A DNA stretch of 64,000 nt from an uncultured Pseudomonadota bacterium. GTDB taxonomy: Bacteria > Babelota > Babeliae > Babelales > Vermiphilaceae. The DNA lies in contig CAZNPD010000002.1 of the NCBI GenBank assembly GCA_964575265.1, forward strand, positions 196,367-260,366, read 5' to 3'. Below are positions 49,319-59,343 of the stretch, piece after piece (positions within the stretch are counted from its first letter, which is position 1; the number at the start of each line of letters is the position of its first letter). Below the pieces are notes generated by a model. The model was not told the DNA's origin. It searched no databases and saw nothing but the letters and a program-made list of their open reading frames with translations. The position numbers and the translations under genes are program-made.

Positions 49319-49984
49319 ATGAACAAACAAGTATATGCAGCAGCAGTTATTGCGTGTATGATAAACTCACTAGTAATGGCAGAGGTAGATACAGCAAAGA
49401 ATGCTAAGAAAACAGAAGCTTCTAAAGTTGCAACCCGTTCGGATTCCCGTACCGAAATTGAAATAGCGTTTGTAGACTCATTGTCACTTATGCGCGAATG
49501 TGAAAAAGGTAAAGACGCTGCAAGAGATCTCGATAAAAAGCGTATGGAAATGGCACAAGATCTTCAAAAAGAAGAACAAAAATTGATGCAAGAAGCAAAT
49601 GATTATAAAGCAAAAGCCGCTATGATGAGCGATGCCGCCCGCGAAAAAGAAGAAAAGCGCTTAATGAAATCAAAAAAAGATTATGAGAGTACTCTACTTG
49701 AATATGAAGAAGACTTCAAAATTGCTATGCAACGAGTAACCGAAGAATTGAGCAAAGATATTGATGAAGCTATCGTAAAAGTCGGCATTGAAAGAGGCTG
49801 TGATAAAGTTATCTGTTCTGCTACCGGTCGGGTATGGAACATTACTAACAAAGGTAGTATCACTGAAAACGTAAAGACTGACCTTGATAAAAACTATTCT
49901 CTTGCTAAAAATAAATCAAAAGCTCCAAGCACAACAGCACTCACACAAAATAGCAAAAATGTAGAAACAGTAGCTGCAGCATAA
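49319..49984 (+). CDS. OmpH/Skp-like periplasmic chaperone
   Basis: Signal peptide, IAFVD start of the body, a long charged coiled-coil arm, and a return segment IDEAIVKVGIERGCDKV. This is the Skp architecture. Confidence 0.5.
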   Translation: MNKQVYAAAVIACMINSLVMAEVDTAKNAKKTEASKVATRSDSRTEIEIAFVDSLSLMRECEKGKDAARDLDKKRMEMAQDLQKEEQKLMQEANDYKAKAAMMSDAAREKEEKRLMKSKKDYESTLLEYEEDFKIAMQRVTEELSKDIDEAIVKVGIERGCDKVICSATGRVWNITNKGSITENVKTDLDKNYSLAKNKSKAPSTTALTQNSKNVETVAAA

Positions 49985-50005
49985 TCCAGCTATCTACTAT
50001 CATTC

Positions 50006-50043
50006 AAAACGGTTGATATGATATAAAGTATCAACCGTTTTTT
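50006..50043 (+). terminator. rho-independent terminator after the skp-like gene
   Basis: AAAACGGTTGATA / TATCAACCGTTTT 13-bp stem followed by a T-run. Confidence 0.8.
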
Positions 50044-50135
50044 AGTGTTAAGAAATAATCATTTTAATTGCTAAAAAATGGATATCATGCTACATAGATG
50101 TTCAAGAACTCATCCATTTTCATAAAGGCTTCATC

Positions 50136-50663
50136 ATGCTACAATCACCTATACGATTGATCATTGGATTAGGTAATCCCGGTAAAGAATATCAATACAC
50201 ACGACATAATGCTGGATTTCTTGTTGTTGATGAATTAGCAAAACGACATAATGGAAGCTGGAAATTAAAAGGAAAATCTGAAGTATGCACCATTAGACTA
50301 TACGATCAAACTATTCAGCTTATAAAACCACAAACATATATGAATACTTCAGGCACCATACTTCCAGAGTATGTTAAACAAGGAATATTACCTGAACAGA
50401 TTATCGTTATACATGATGAGTTAGAATTACCATTTGGATCTATTGTCGTCAAGCAAGGAGGCGGACATCGTGGACACAATGGTATTCGCTCTATAATGAA
50501 TACTATCGGTCCCGATTTTTATAGAGTACGATTTGGAATCTCTAGACCAGCTACAAAGGAAGAAGTTGGTGAATATGTACTTGCATCATTTAACCAACCA
50601 CGCAATGATCTAATAGCAGCTATTGAAAAGGCAGCCGATAAAGTTGAATCATTAATGCAGTAA
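50136..50663 (+). CDS. pth: peptidyl-tRNA hydrolase
   Basis: LIIGLGNPGKEYQYTRHNAGF, PQTYMNTSG, HDELELPFG, GHNG. Confidence 0.9.
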   Translation: MLQSPIRLIIGLGNPGKEYQYTRHNAGFLVVDELAKRHNGSWKLKGKSEVCTIRLYDQTIQLIKPQTYMNTSGTILPEYVKQGILPEQIIVIHDELELPFGSIVVKQGGGHRGHNGIRSIMNTIGPDFYRVRFGISRPATKEEVGEYVLASFNQPRNDLIAAIEKAADKVESLMQ

Positions 50664-50700
50664 GTAATCCATTAAATCATTATACTATAGAGGATGTTCT

Positions 50701-50952
50701 ATGAATAAAGCAGGCTATATAACAATAATAAGCATACTTATGACTACATCATCAACTCTGTATCCTAATGGTCACAGGACTGAAAATATGGACCCTGAAC
50801 AAAACTCAACTGAACTTATCGCTGTTACCAGTTTTGATAATAAGAAAGAATCTAATACGATACCAATAAGCAATCGCCCTCATAAGCATCCTCGAATACT
50901 TGCTATAAAAAAGATGCTCTCATCATGCTGCTCTTGCACAAGCTCAAAATAA
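50701..50952 (+). CDS. hypothetical small exported protein
   Basis: GAGGA upstream and hydrophobic ITIISILMTTSS. No known motif. Confidence 0.4.
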   Translation: MNKAGYITIISILMTTSSTLYPNGHRTENMDPEQNSTELIAVTSFDNKKESNTIPISNRPHKHPRILAIKKMLSSCCSCTSSK

Positions 50953-51075
50953 TAAAAAAGTGCGCATAATAGGGCATTATCTCTGCTATAAGTCTTGATT
51001 TTCATAGCATGAATTCGCTACTCTCAATAATAGAAGCAGGATCTACTCGATACCTGTCTAAAAAAAGGGGATATT

Positions 51076-51750
51076 ATGAAAATTCAAAGACTATTACTTC
51101 TTGTCTTAGGGGGATGTTTAGCTGGTATATACACACTTTCAAAGACAGAAATTGCGATTACACCTGAGCCTACAACACCTGAGAGTATTATTCAATTAAG
51201 TCCAGAAATAATGAATGCTCAGATGCAACCAGAATTGAATAATCCTTCATCGGCTACTGAGGCTACTCAATTTATACCTTCAAACGAAGAATTTATAAAT
51301 GATTCTACCAATGCGCAGATCGAATCACTCTATCAAGAACCTGCATTACTCAATAAAACAATAACAGAAGATGCTCTTAATAATAGTAGATTAACAGAGG
51401 AAGAGATACCAGAATCTTCTGCTCTCTCAACAAGCCCTACATCACCTATTACACAAGAACCAAGCTCTCTTAAACCAGAGGCTAATGATACCCAATTACA
51501 AGCAACCAGTATTGCAATCGAAAAATCAGGATCTGAAATATCTAATGATGCACAAAGTGCCGCAGCAGAATTACAAAAGTCGGGTATTCTTACTCAGGAA
51601 GAGGCTGATCGATTAATAACTACAGGAAAAGAGATTAAAGAGACTACCGATAAACTTGAAGCTGATACTGAAAATCTTCTGAAATCTTCGGAATCAGATG
51701 AGATTCCTGTCTCAACAGAGAAAAAAGTCTTACGTTGCGTGTGTGAATAA
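51076..51750 (+). CDS. hypothetical secreted low-complexity (Ser/Thr/Glu/Pro-rich) protein
   Basis: GGGGA upstream and signal MKIQRLLLLVLGGCLAGIYT. The body looks compositionally biased and probably disordered. Confidence 0.5.
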   Translation: MKIQRLLLLVLGGCLAGIYTLSKTEIAITPEPTTPESIIQLSPEIMNAQMQPELNNPSSATEATQFIPSNEEFINDSTNAQIESLYQEPALLNKTITEDALNNSRLTEEEIPESSALSTSPTSPITQEPSSLKPEANDTQLQATSIAIEKSGSEISNDAQSAAAELQKSGILTQEEADRLITTGKEIKETTDKLEADTENLLKSSESDEIPVSTEKKVLRCVCE

Positions 51751-51802
51751 CATATAGTGTAGAAAATATAACTTACACGGAACTGCAATATTTCTTCTTG
51801 CT

Positions 51803-51831
51803 ATAAAGGGCCTTTCATCAAGGCCCTTTAT
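51803..51831. terminator. bidirectional terminator between the 51076 gene and alaS
   Basis: ATAAAGGGCCTT / AAGGCCCTTTAT 12-bp stem with a 5-nt loop. Confidence 0.75.
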
Positions 51832-51843
51832 ATTTTCTAATCA

Positions 51844-54459
51844 TTAGAGAGTATGGCTTGATATCCATTCCATAATTTGTTGTTCGAGACGTTCAGAATT
51901 TTTTATTATTCCGGTTGCTTGAAAGTAAGTTGCTGATCCACCACCCTTCAAGCTTTCTACCTGCATAATCCATGCTCCCAGCTCTTTTACATTGACACGC
52001 GTTGATAATTGCGGGGAGACCGTTATAATAACTGTCTCTTTATTATCAACTCCTGGATGGAACAGAATATAGACGCCAGGATTTTTTTGCACTAATACTT
52101 GTGCAAATTCGCGCACCTGTTCAACAGGCATATTCGTTAACCGTGCAGGAGTTACCGTAATAGTATTGATAACACGACTCTGCTGTAAAAGTTTTGGAAT
52201 ACTATAATTCCATAATTCATGTTGTTGTTGCTTAATCGTCTGCTGCATAAAGCGATATTGATCTTTATATTTACTAATCGCGTCAATCAACTCTTCTCTT
52301 TTTGCTTTAAAGTCTTGCGATAATGTTCTTACGATTTTAAATGTTTCTTGGAACAATTCGATCGCACGTGGTCCTGTTACTGCAACAATACGTCGTTGCC
52401 CTGCTGATGGAGCAGTCACTTCAGTAATCTTAAAGGTTCCAATATGTCCTGTTGATGGGACGTGTGTTCCGCCACATAACTCTGTCGAGAATCCAGAAAC
52501 TTGTACCATACGCACATCTTCTGGATTGTATTTATCACCAAAAAATGCCAATGCTCCCATATCGAGTGCATTTTTAAGTGGCATGTATTCAATACTCACC
52601 GGAATATCTTCACGAATCTTTTCATTAACAATTCGTTCAATGCGTTCAATATCTTCAGTGGTCAATTGTTCATGATACGTAAAATCAAATCGTAAGTAAT
52701 CAGGATGCACTAATGATCCCGATTGTTTAATTGTTTTACCAAATACTGCAATGAGTGCTGATTGAAGCAAATGTGTAGCAGTATGATTCTTCATGGCATT
52801 TGTACGCCATTCCTTATCAACAATACTGGTCACTTGAGATCCGATATGTAAATCAACCGGCGTCTTTATCTGAGCTGCAATGCGACCATTGATATAGCGT
52901 ACTGCAAGGACAGGAGTACTATGATCATCAATAGTTATAATTCCTTGATCAGGAACTTGTCCGCCACCCACAATAAAGAATGGTGATTTGCGAGTCATAA
53001 TCCAACAAATATTCTCTGCATCAATTGATCCGACTGATTTATTATCACTATCAATCAATGCAATAATGGAAGACGTTGTTTCAAGTTCTTGATATCCTGT
53101 AAATTCTGTCTTAATTGATTCATCTAACGAAATATGATCGAGAACATCCGCTGCTTTCTTTCCTGACTGCTCTTGTTGCTTATGCATTTCTTTATCAAAG
53201 CCAACAAGGTCAACCGTATATCCTCGTTCGCGAGCCATGATAATAATTAGCTCTGTTGGAAAACCATACGTATCGTATAATTTAAATGCTTGTGCACCTG
53301 TTATAACTTTTTCAGCACTATTTTTTACAAAGTATTCTTCTAAAATATGTTTCCCACGAACTAAGTTTGCAGCAAACTTTTGAATTTCACTATCTAACAC
53401 CTTAATGATCAGTTCTTGATTTACTGTTAACTCTGGATAAATATCTCCCATGATCTGGCCAACAGTTTTAGAAAGATCAGGAAATATATTTTTGTCAGTC
53501 AACTTTTGGGCAAAGAGTGCTGCGCGTCTAATAATCTTTCGCAATACATATCCACGACCTTCATTAGAAGGAGCACATCCATCTGCTATCAAAAATGATG
53601 TCGAGCGAATATGGTCAGCAAGCACATGAAATGCTGCTTTTGTAACATCATTCTGATCTGCGTATGTAATGCCTGTCATTTTTTCAACTGCTTGAATAAT
53701 AGGAACAAAAAGATCTGTCTGGTACACAGAATCTACGTTTTGAGAAACAACGCAAAGCCTCTCAAGACCCATTCCTGTATCAACACCCGTCTGTGTTAAT
53801 GGTTCTAAGTCTCCGCTTGGCGTGCGATTGAATTGCATAAATACTAAATTCCATATTTCAAGAAATCGATCACAATCACATGCTGGTCCACATTGTGCTA
53901 TATCAACACATCCAAATGAAGGACCGCGATCAATATGAATTTCAGTACAGGGACCACAAGGTCCTACATCACCCATCTGCCAGAAATTATCTTTTTCTCC
54001 CAATCTATGCATTCGCTCTGCAGGAATACCGATCTCTTTATGCCATATGTTGTATGCATCATCATCGGTGGTATATACCGTTGCATGTAGCTGATCAATC
54101 GGAAGCACCATCTCTTTTGTTAAAAAATCCCATGCAAAATTGATTGCTTCTCTCTTAAAGTAATCACCAAAAGAGAAATTCCCCATCATTTCAAAAAAAG
54201 TAAGATGTCGCTTTGTGAACCCTACATTGTCCAAATCATTATGTTTACCACCGGCTCGTACACACTTTTGAATGCTGACCGCTCGCGTATAGCTTCTTTT
54301 TTCGTTTCCAAGAAAGACATCTTTAAATTGATTCATGCCGGCATTAGTAAATAGTAATGTTGGATCTTGTGCCGGAATTAAAGATGAGCTTGTAACGTGA
54401 TGGTGACCACGATCACCAAAAAATTTAAAAAAGCGTTTACGAATTTCTAACGATTTCAT
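51844..54459 (-). CDS. alaS: alanyl-tRNA synthetase
   Basis: FTNAGMNQFK, editing-domain HTATHLL...H motifs, C-terminal DHHA1-like GGG segment. Full length at 871 aa. Confidence 0.95.
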   Translation of the reverse strand: MKSLEIRKRFFKFFGDRGHHHVTSSSLIPAQDPTLLFTNAGMNQFKDVFLGNEKRSYTRAVSIQKCVRAGGKHNDLDNVGFTKRHLTFFEMMGNFSFGDYFKREAINFAWDFLTKEMVLPIDQLHATVYTTDDDAYNIWHKEIGIPAERMHRLGEKDNFWQMGDVGPCGPCTEIHIDRGPSFGCVDIAQCGPACDCDRFLEIWNLVFMQFNRTPSGDLEPLTQTGVDTGMGLERLCVVSQNVDSVYQTDLFVPIIQAVEKMTGITYADQNDVTKAAFHVLADHIRSTSFLIADGCAPSNEGRGYVLRKIIRRAALFAQKLTDKNIFPDLSKTVGQIMGDIYPELTVNQELIIKVLDSEIQKFAANLVRGKHILEEYFVKNSAEKVITGAQAFKLYDTYGFPTELIIIMARERGYTVDLVGFDKEMHKQQEQSGKKAADVLDHISLDESIKTEFTGYQELETTSSIIALIDSDNKSVGSIDAENICWIMTRKSPFFIVGGGQVPDQGIITIDDHSTPVLAVRYINGRIAAQIKTPVDLHIGSQVTSIVDKEWRTNAMKNHTATHLLQSALIAVFGKTIKQSGSLVHPDYLRFDFTYHEQLTTEDIERIERIVNEKIREDIPVSIEYMPLKNALDMGALAFFGDKYNPEDVRMVQVSGFSTELCGGTHVPSTGHIGTFKITEVTAPSAGQRRIVAVTGPRAIELFQETFKIVRTLSQDFKAKREELIDAISKYKDQYRFMQQTIKQQQHELWNYSIPKLLQQSRVINTITVTPARLTNMPVEQVREFAQVLVQKNPGVYILFHPGVDNKETVIITVSPQLSTRVNVKELGAWIMQVESLKGGGSATYFQATGIIKNSERLEQQIMEWISSHTL

Positions 54460-54549
54460 ACGATCCTCATCGCAAATGGTGCGAATAATATTATATATTG
54501 TTAACCATTATCGCATACTATGGCATCTAAGTGAATAGGAGGGCAATTG

Positions 54550-55068
54550 CTACTCAATAGTTACTATAGTAAATTCTTTCTTTAACTTGTTGTAAATATC
54601 ATGCAAATCAAACGAAATAGCCTTCGTCTGAGCGAGTGTTGGTAGAAAATTGGTATCACCTAACCAACGTGGCAATACATGCATATGAAAATGGGCAGGA
54701 ATACCTGCACCGGCAATTTTACTACTATTATATCCACCATTGATACCCTCCGCTAACAATGTATCTTTCAAAATACGATTACTCGCAGCAGTAACTTGAA
54801 TCAACTCTGTACGCGCTTCATGCGAAAGATCTTCAAGATTAGCTATATGCGTGTATGGCAGTAATAAGAGATGGCCAGCATTATAGGGATAGAGATTGAG
54901 CATAACATAGATATGCTTATATCGTCTGAGCACAAAATTTTGCTCATCTTTTGACGTATCATTCGCATGTAAACAGAATACACATGATTCTGTTGGAGTA
55001 TGCTCATTTTTAGTATGAGCAGTAGACATGGTATATTTATCGCGCCATGGTGCATAGAGTAATTTCAT
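54550..55068 (-). CDS. HIT-family nucleotide hydrolase/phosphorylase
   Basis: N-terminal LYAPWR and histidine triad HFHMHVLPRW. Confidence 0.8.
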   Translation of the reverse strand: MKLLYAPWRDKYTMSTAHTKNEHTPTESCVFCLHANDTSKDEQNFVLRRYKHIYVMLNLYPYNAGHLLLLPYTHIANLEDLSHEARTELIQVTAASNRILKDTLLAEGINGGYNSSKIAGAGIPAHFHMHVLPRWLGDTNFLPTLAQTKAISFDLHDIYNKLKKEFTIVTIE

Positions 55069-55107
55069 AATAATAGTCCTTGTACAGAATAGAATCGTCT
55101 GTGATCT

Positions 55108-56550
55108 TCACAGTCTATCGTGAGAAAATTCAGCTGTACATGATTTAGTATATGAGCAAGTGAGATATCGCCATGCTATCAGGGCAAGAATCAACATCAA
55201 AGGCTCTACCGGAAGTCGTAATCGCGCATATCCAAATCCTCCTGAAAGCCCTGTTGATATCCCAATCAAAACAGACGCTACTAACCATATGCGATGATAA
55301 TACCAGAGCATTTTATCAGTTACTGATCGTTGCCACAATGGTTGTACTATGTAGATCCATGCACCAACTAAAAGACCTATCCAAAGAATAATCATGTAAA
55401 GAGTTTCGAATATTACAATACCCCGCATCCACCATGATAATGAGGCTTTATACCAACAGGCACTTACCTTCTCCCATAAAAATTCTTGCAATGGGTCATA
55501 CCAATACGTATCTTGCACTTGTGATACAAATTGATATGAATGTAAATCAAAGAGCGTTTTACAGACTTCGACAATCCAATCATACGCAAACCACCCTGGA
55601 TGCTGCCAAACGATTGGCACAATACTACTTAATGATGCGAGTGGTGATATCACCAATAATGGTGCTAGCTTCATACGCGCAGCTTGTATAGCTTGACCTG
55701 CAATCTGCTGACAATAATGATACGCTTGCAATAAAGGAATATTATACAATCGACTCACAATTTTTGGTGCACAAAAACAGGTAAGGTATGGTCCAAGAGT
55801 TGGACAGAAAAACCATTGACCAGTTAAACGATAATTTCGCCAATACCATGGAAATAATGAAAGCACAAAAATGCTGATAAACGATATAGCTGTTCGTATA
55901 TTGTTACGCCATGGTCCTTGCGCAAAAAAGAGAATCAATACTGCACTCACAATACCAACTAGTTCTCCCATCGGCCGCATCCATGTATAGATACTCAAAG
56001 ATAGCACTGCTGTTCCTGTATCAATGAATGACTGTGTACGCAATGTTCTGAAAAAAAAGAGTAGGAAAAGATAAAAAAGAATACTCGCAAGACCATCAGT
56101 CAACAAATAGGTGCTTGCAAAAATGTATCCAATATGGAATACACTCATAAGTGCAGCAATAAATGCAATTAACCAACTCGCAGTAATTTCCAATGCAAGT
56201 AATGCAATGATTGCAGGAATAGTTGAACAGAACAGAATTTGCATCCAAATGCTACTCGTCTGCGATTTGTGATACGCAGCAAACTCAGTACTTCTTATTC
56301 CACTATGTTTATAAAAATAGGATAAATAGAGTGGATAGCCAGGAGTTCTCCAAAATATTGGCTCACCATTCGGTTTACTCATTCCATAATTATTCGACAT
56401 ACAGACTGCTGCACTATGATAATCCATTGAATCTGGTTGTTTGTAATATGAATGAGGAGCAATCCAATAATAAAAGAATGCTGCTCTCAATATGAAAGCC
56501 GTAAAACAGAGTAATCCTAGAATAGCGATCCGTTGTGATGAGAGCTTCAT
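55108..56550 (-). CDS. polytopic membrane glycosyltransferase (GT39/GT83, ArnT/PMT-like)
   Basis: More than 10 hydrophobic segments. The first loop, YYKQPDSMDYHSAA...WRTPGYPLYL, resembles the Asp-containing loop of the ArnT/PMT families. Assignment is by architecture. Confidence 0.45.
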   Translation of the reverse strand: MKLSSQRIAILGLLCFTAFILRAAFFYYWIAPHSYYKQPDSMDYHSAAVCMSNNYGMSKPNGEPIFWRTPGYPLYLSYFYKHSGIRSTEFAAYHKSQTSSIWMQILFCSTIPAIIALLALEITASWLIAFIAALMSVFHIGYIFASTYLLTDGLASILFYLFLLFFFRTLRTQSFIDTGTAVLSLSIYTWMRPMGELVGIVSAVLILFFAQGPWRNNIRTAISFISIFVLSLFPWYWRNYRLTGQWFFCPTLGPYLTCFCAPKIVSRLYNIPLLQAYHYCQQIAGQAIQAARMKLAPLLVISPLASLSSIVPIVWQHPGWFAYDWIVEVCKTLFDLHSYQFVSQVQDTYWYDPLQEFLWEKVSACWYKASLSWWMRGIVIFETLYMIILWIGLLVGAWIYIVQPLWQRSVTDKMLWYYHRIWLVASVLIGISTGLSGGFGYARLRLPVEPLMLILALIAWRYLTCSYTKSCTAEFSHDRL

Positions 56551-56633
56551 AATGCTATGTTCCTACTATGAGTAATAATGATTCAAATATTGTTACAGCA
56601 TATATGAGAAATAAACAAAAGATAATCGCGATC

Positions 56634-56673
56634 TATAAAAAAAGCGGATAGAGTAGCAAGCTCTGTCCGCTTT
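56634..56673 (-). terminator. rho-independent terminator after the 56701 gene
   Basis: AAAGCGGATAGAG / CTCTGTCCGCTTT stem, with a plus-strand A-run giving a U-run on the minus transcript. Confidence 0.7.
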
Positions 56674-56700
56674 GTATGTAATTATTTTTACGATAAAAAT

Positions 56701-57252
56701 TTATGATACATTCTCATGAGAAGAATCAGTATTACGTACTTTCAGAATAGCCTTGATATGCTCAAGCTGAATACAGAGCACTGAAAGCAATCCTCTCACA
56801 TCTTCATTTTTAAAACAAGGTATAACAATCGCTGCAGATAATCGTTCTCGTAATAGTTCGAGAATCGACACATTCTGAGACAATGTTAATATGATGTGAT
56901 CTGTTATTTGATTAAGATTATGACCAACTTCATCGATATTGATTATTTTTAATTTTAATTTTTCAAGAAGGTTTTGGCATGCTTTATTAAATGCATCATT
57001 ATACGATTTCACAGTAGCAATATCTTGTTCTGATATTAATTGACCTTGGCCTACATTTATGAGTATGCGATTGTAATTTTCAAAATGAGCTCGAATATTT
57101 TTATCAAACATCATATATGTAGTATCAATATCTTTGCATACGAGTTTATAACGTAACTGTTGTGCAAGAGAAATTTTTGCATCTGATGCTACCACTTGTG
57201 CAGATAATATACTCATCAATGAGAATGCTATTATAGTTTGTATTCTCTTCAT
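56701..57252 (-). CDS. hypothetical secreted helical protein, array member 5
   Basis: AAGGA upstream and signal MKRIQTIIAFSLMSILSAQVVA. LAQQLRYKLVCKDIDTTYMMF resembles LAYRSICADLDECYRSIVF of the next gene. Confidence 0.55.
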   Translation of the reverse strand: MKRIQTIIAFSLMSILSAQVVASDAKISLAQQLRYKLVCKDIDTTYMMFDKNIRAHFENYNRILINVGQGQLISEQDIATVKSYNDAFNKACQNLLEKLKLKIINIDEVGHNLNQITDHIILTLSQNVSILELLRERLSAAIVIPCFKNEDVRGLLSVLCIQLEHIKAILKVRNTDSSHENVS

Positions 57253-57315
57253 AATAGTTCCTTACATCGAGAGAGACATATGCAATTATAGCACATGCCT
57301 CATCACGTTATTCTT

Positions 57316-58203
57316 TTATTTTGTAAATATCGCTGAAGCTTTTTTCTGAATCGCATCATATGCTGAAGTTGCAAATGCAGATACATCGTTTAACGTGTAA
57401 CCTTTTTTGTATGCTACGAATGCTGCACCTGCACCAAGAAGTGTCTTTACAACATATGGATGATTCTTAATAGCACTACATAAATTCTTTGCATCATAAC
57501 TTAAGGTTGCAACAGTATCTACCTGCATTACTGATTTTATATCTTCAATAGTCATCTTAACTACTGCAAGCTGGTCTTGCATCGCTTGTATTGCTGATAA
57601 ATCAACATACTCTCTATACATTTCGTCACCTGGTAATATTTCAATTTTCAGATTACTTCGAATTGTAGTAGTTAATGCCTTTACAGATGTAGCAAAAGCA
57701 TAAAAAGGTGATTCTACGCACCCAAAAACCTTATCAACATTCTTTATGTAAAGATTATATTGTAGCTTTTCCACGCGTTCATTAATAGATGCAATAACAT
57801 CTTGAGGATTACGTATCAATTTTGGTTCAGTACAATTGAGACAACTTATATCAAACACAATCGATCTATAGCATTCATCTAAATCTGCACAGATAGATCT
57901 ATATGCTAATGATTGCGTAATCTTAGAACCTACTTTATACGTAACACCAGTAGCTAAAAGACCAGCCGCTATTTTCCCAACAGGAACATTGCATGAATAA
58001 TTATATGCGCTCGCAACATGAGGCATTACGGCTTCTTGTGCTTGCGTAGCATATGTTGCTGCTTGAGTAAAATAGTCATTTGCAAGATCTGCACCTTTTT
58101 GTGCATACTCTGTAGCAAGCTTTTTATACTCTTGTATATCTATCGCGTGCGCTGAAACTGCACAAAACAGTGATAGCGCTGCTATTATTTCTATACGTTT
58201 CAT
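57316..58203 (-). CDS. hypothetical exported protein with Gly/Ala-rich hydrophobic segments, array member 4
   Basis: AAGGA upstream and signal MKRIEIIAALSLFCAVSAHA. VPVGKIAAGLLATGV and the C-terminal NHPYVVKTLLGAGAAFVAY parallel member 3. Confidence 0.55.
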   Translation of the reverse strand: MKRIEIIAALSLFCAVSAHAIDIQEYKKLATEYAQKGADLANDYFTQAATYATQAQEAVMPHVASAYNYSCNVPVGKIAAGLLATGVTYKVGSKITQSLAYRSICADLDECYRSIVFDISCLNCTEPKLIRNPQDVIASINERVEKLQYNLYIKNVDKVFGCVESPFYAFATSVKALTTTIRSNLKIEILPGDEMYREYVDLSAIQAMQDQLAVVKMTIEDIKSVMQVDTVATLSYDAKNLCSAIKNHPYVVKTLLGAGAAFVAYKKGYTLNDVSAFATSAYDAIQKKASAIFTK

Positions 58204-58281
58204 AGTCGTATCCTTTATATACTATGAGGGGCGAATATAGTCTTTACCTATACTCGCCTCTCTTTTTTACCTATGTACCTA

Positions 58282-59028
58282 TTAACTTAATGCTGCATAA
58301 CTTGCTGCAAACACAATATTTAATCCTGTAACAATAGTTGCTGCCGTTGCATATGGATGCTTAAGAACTTTATTCTTCGCATCAATAACCGCAGATTTTG
58401 CAACACCAACGATACTCTCTTGCGCTAACTTCTTTATAGTGTCTGTAATGCTTTTACATTCTTTAGATGCGTGAAACAATGCCATATCCATAGATGTTGC
58501 ATTAATAAGTTCTTTATCATGAAGACCACGTCTAATTTTCTGATCAAACGCAGATGCTATAATAGCTTTCAATGCCATTACGTGTGTTCTTACATCATCT
58601 ACGTTGGTAATCTTAGAAGAAATCTGCGTCATAAATATCTCTGTCAATTTTTCAATAGCTTCATTTATCTCTTGAGCACTATCATCATTCTCTTTATCGA
58701 ACGAATGAAGCTTTTGTACAACTGCATGGTAATATGCATCAACATCAGCAGTTACTGAATCATGTGCATATGACTTTGCTATTTTGTAACCCATATAAGT
58801 CTGATATCCTGCACTTGCTACATTTACCGTATTCATAGCTATCGCACCTACAGGAATACCTGCATACGTATAATCATACGCTTGCGGAACATATGTTGCT
58901 AAATAACTTGCATTTGTTATTGCATAGCGAGCAGCAGTTTTACATTTTTCTTTAATGTCACCCATAGCTTGTACTGATACAATACTTACAAGTGACAATA
59001 GGAATAATTTCATTGATAATTTTTTCAT
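58282..59028 (-). CDS. hypothetical exported protein, array member 3 (paralog of member 4)
   Basis: GGAGG upstream and signal MKKLSMKLFLLSLVSIVSVQA. Also IPVGAIAMNTVNVASAGY, SVTADVDAYYHAVV and a C-terminal KHPYATAATIVTGLNIVFAASYA. Confidence 0.55.
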   Translation of the reverse strand: MKKLSMKLFLLSLVSIVSVQAMGDIKEKCKTAARYAITNASYLATYVPQAYDYTYAGIPVGAIAMNTVNVASAGYQTYMGYKIAKSYAHDSVTADVDAYYHAVVQKLHSFDKENDDSAQEINEAIEKLTEIFMTQISSKITNVDDVRTHVMALKAIIASAFDQKIRRGLHDKELINATSMDMALFHASKECKSITDTIKKLAQESIVGVAKSAVIDAKNKVLKHPYATAATIVTGLNIVFAASYAALS

Positions 59029-59100
59029 GATAAGCCTCCATCATTTTCTAATATCTATCTATTTTGCTTATCTTTCTGTGCCAACTTCTCCGGCATTCTT

Positions 59101-59290
59101 ATATATCAGTTTGCCTGATATTCCAGCTATCGCAACTCCATCAAACCCAATAAGGGATATCTATTGCTCTCTTTAGTCAATAAGAGAGATATTTTATTAC
59201 ATTTTTAATCTCTTTATCTTATAAAACTCATTTAATCGCCCTATATATAAGTTCAATTAAGAGGCATTATTGGTTAACTTCTTTCAAAGA
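59101..59290 (-). repeat. duplicated leader, copy A (upstream of member 3)
   Basis: Shares ordered blocks with 60266-60462: TATCAG..TGCC.TGA, GCAACTCCA, CCA(A)TAAGGG, ATCTTTAT, CATTTAAT, ATTAAG.GG. Includes hairpin ATATCAG/CTGATAT at 59103-59121. Confidence 0.55.
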
Positions 59291-59293
59291 TCT

Positions 59294-59326
59294 AAAAAAG
59301 GGACTCTTTATCAGAGTCCCTTTTTT
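59294..59326 (-). terminator. terminator after array member 2
   Basis: AAAAAAGGGACTCT / AGAGTCCCTTTTTT perfect stem with A/T runs. Confidence 0.8.
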
Positions 59327-59343
59327 ATTATCTACAGGTTCTT

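Noticed and set aside
51736-51750. C-terminal CVCE of the 51076..51750 product as a eukaryotic CaaX/CXC prenylation motif
   Set aside because: Glu at the X position and Cys at a2 are poor farnesyl- or geranylgeranyl-transferase substrates. A Rab-type CXC motif must be at the extreme C-terminus. The match is too weak to claim.
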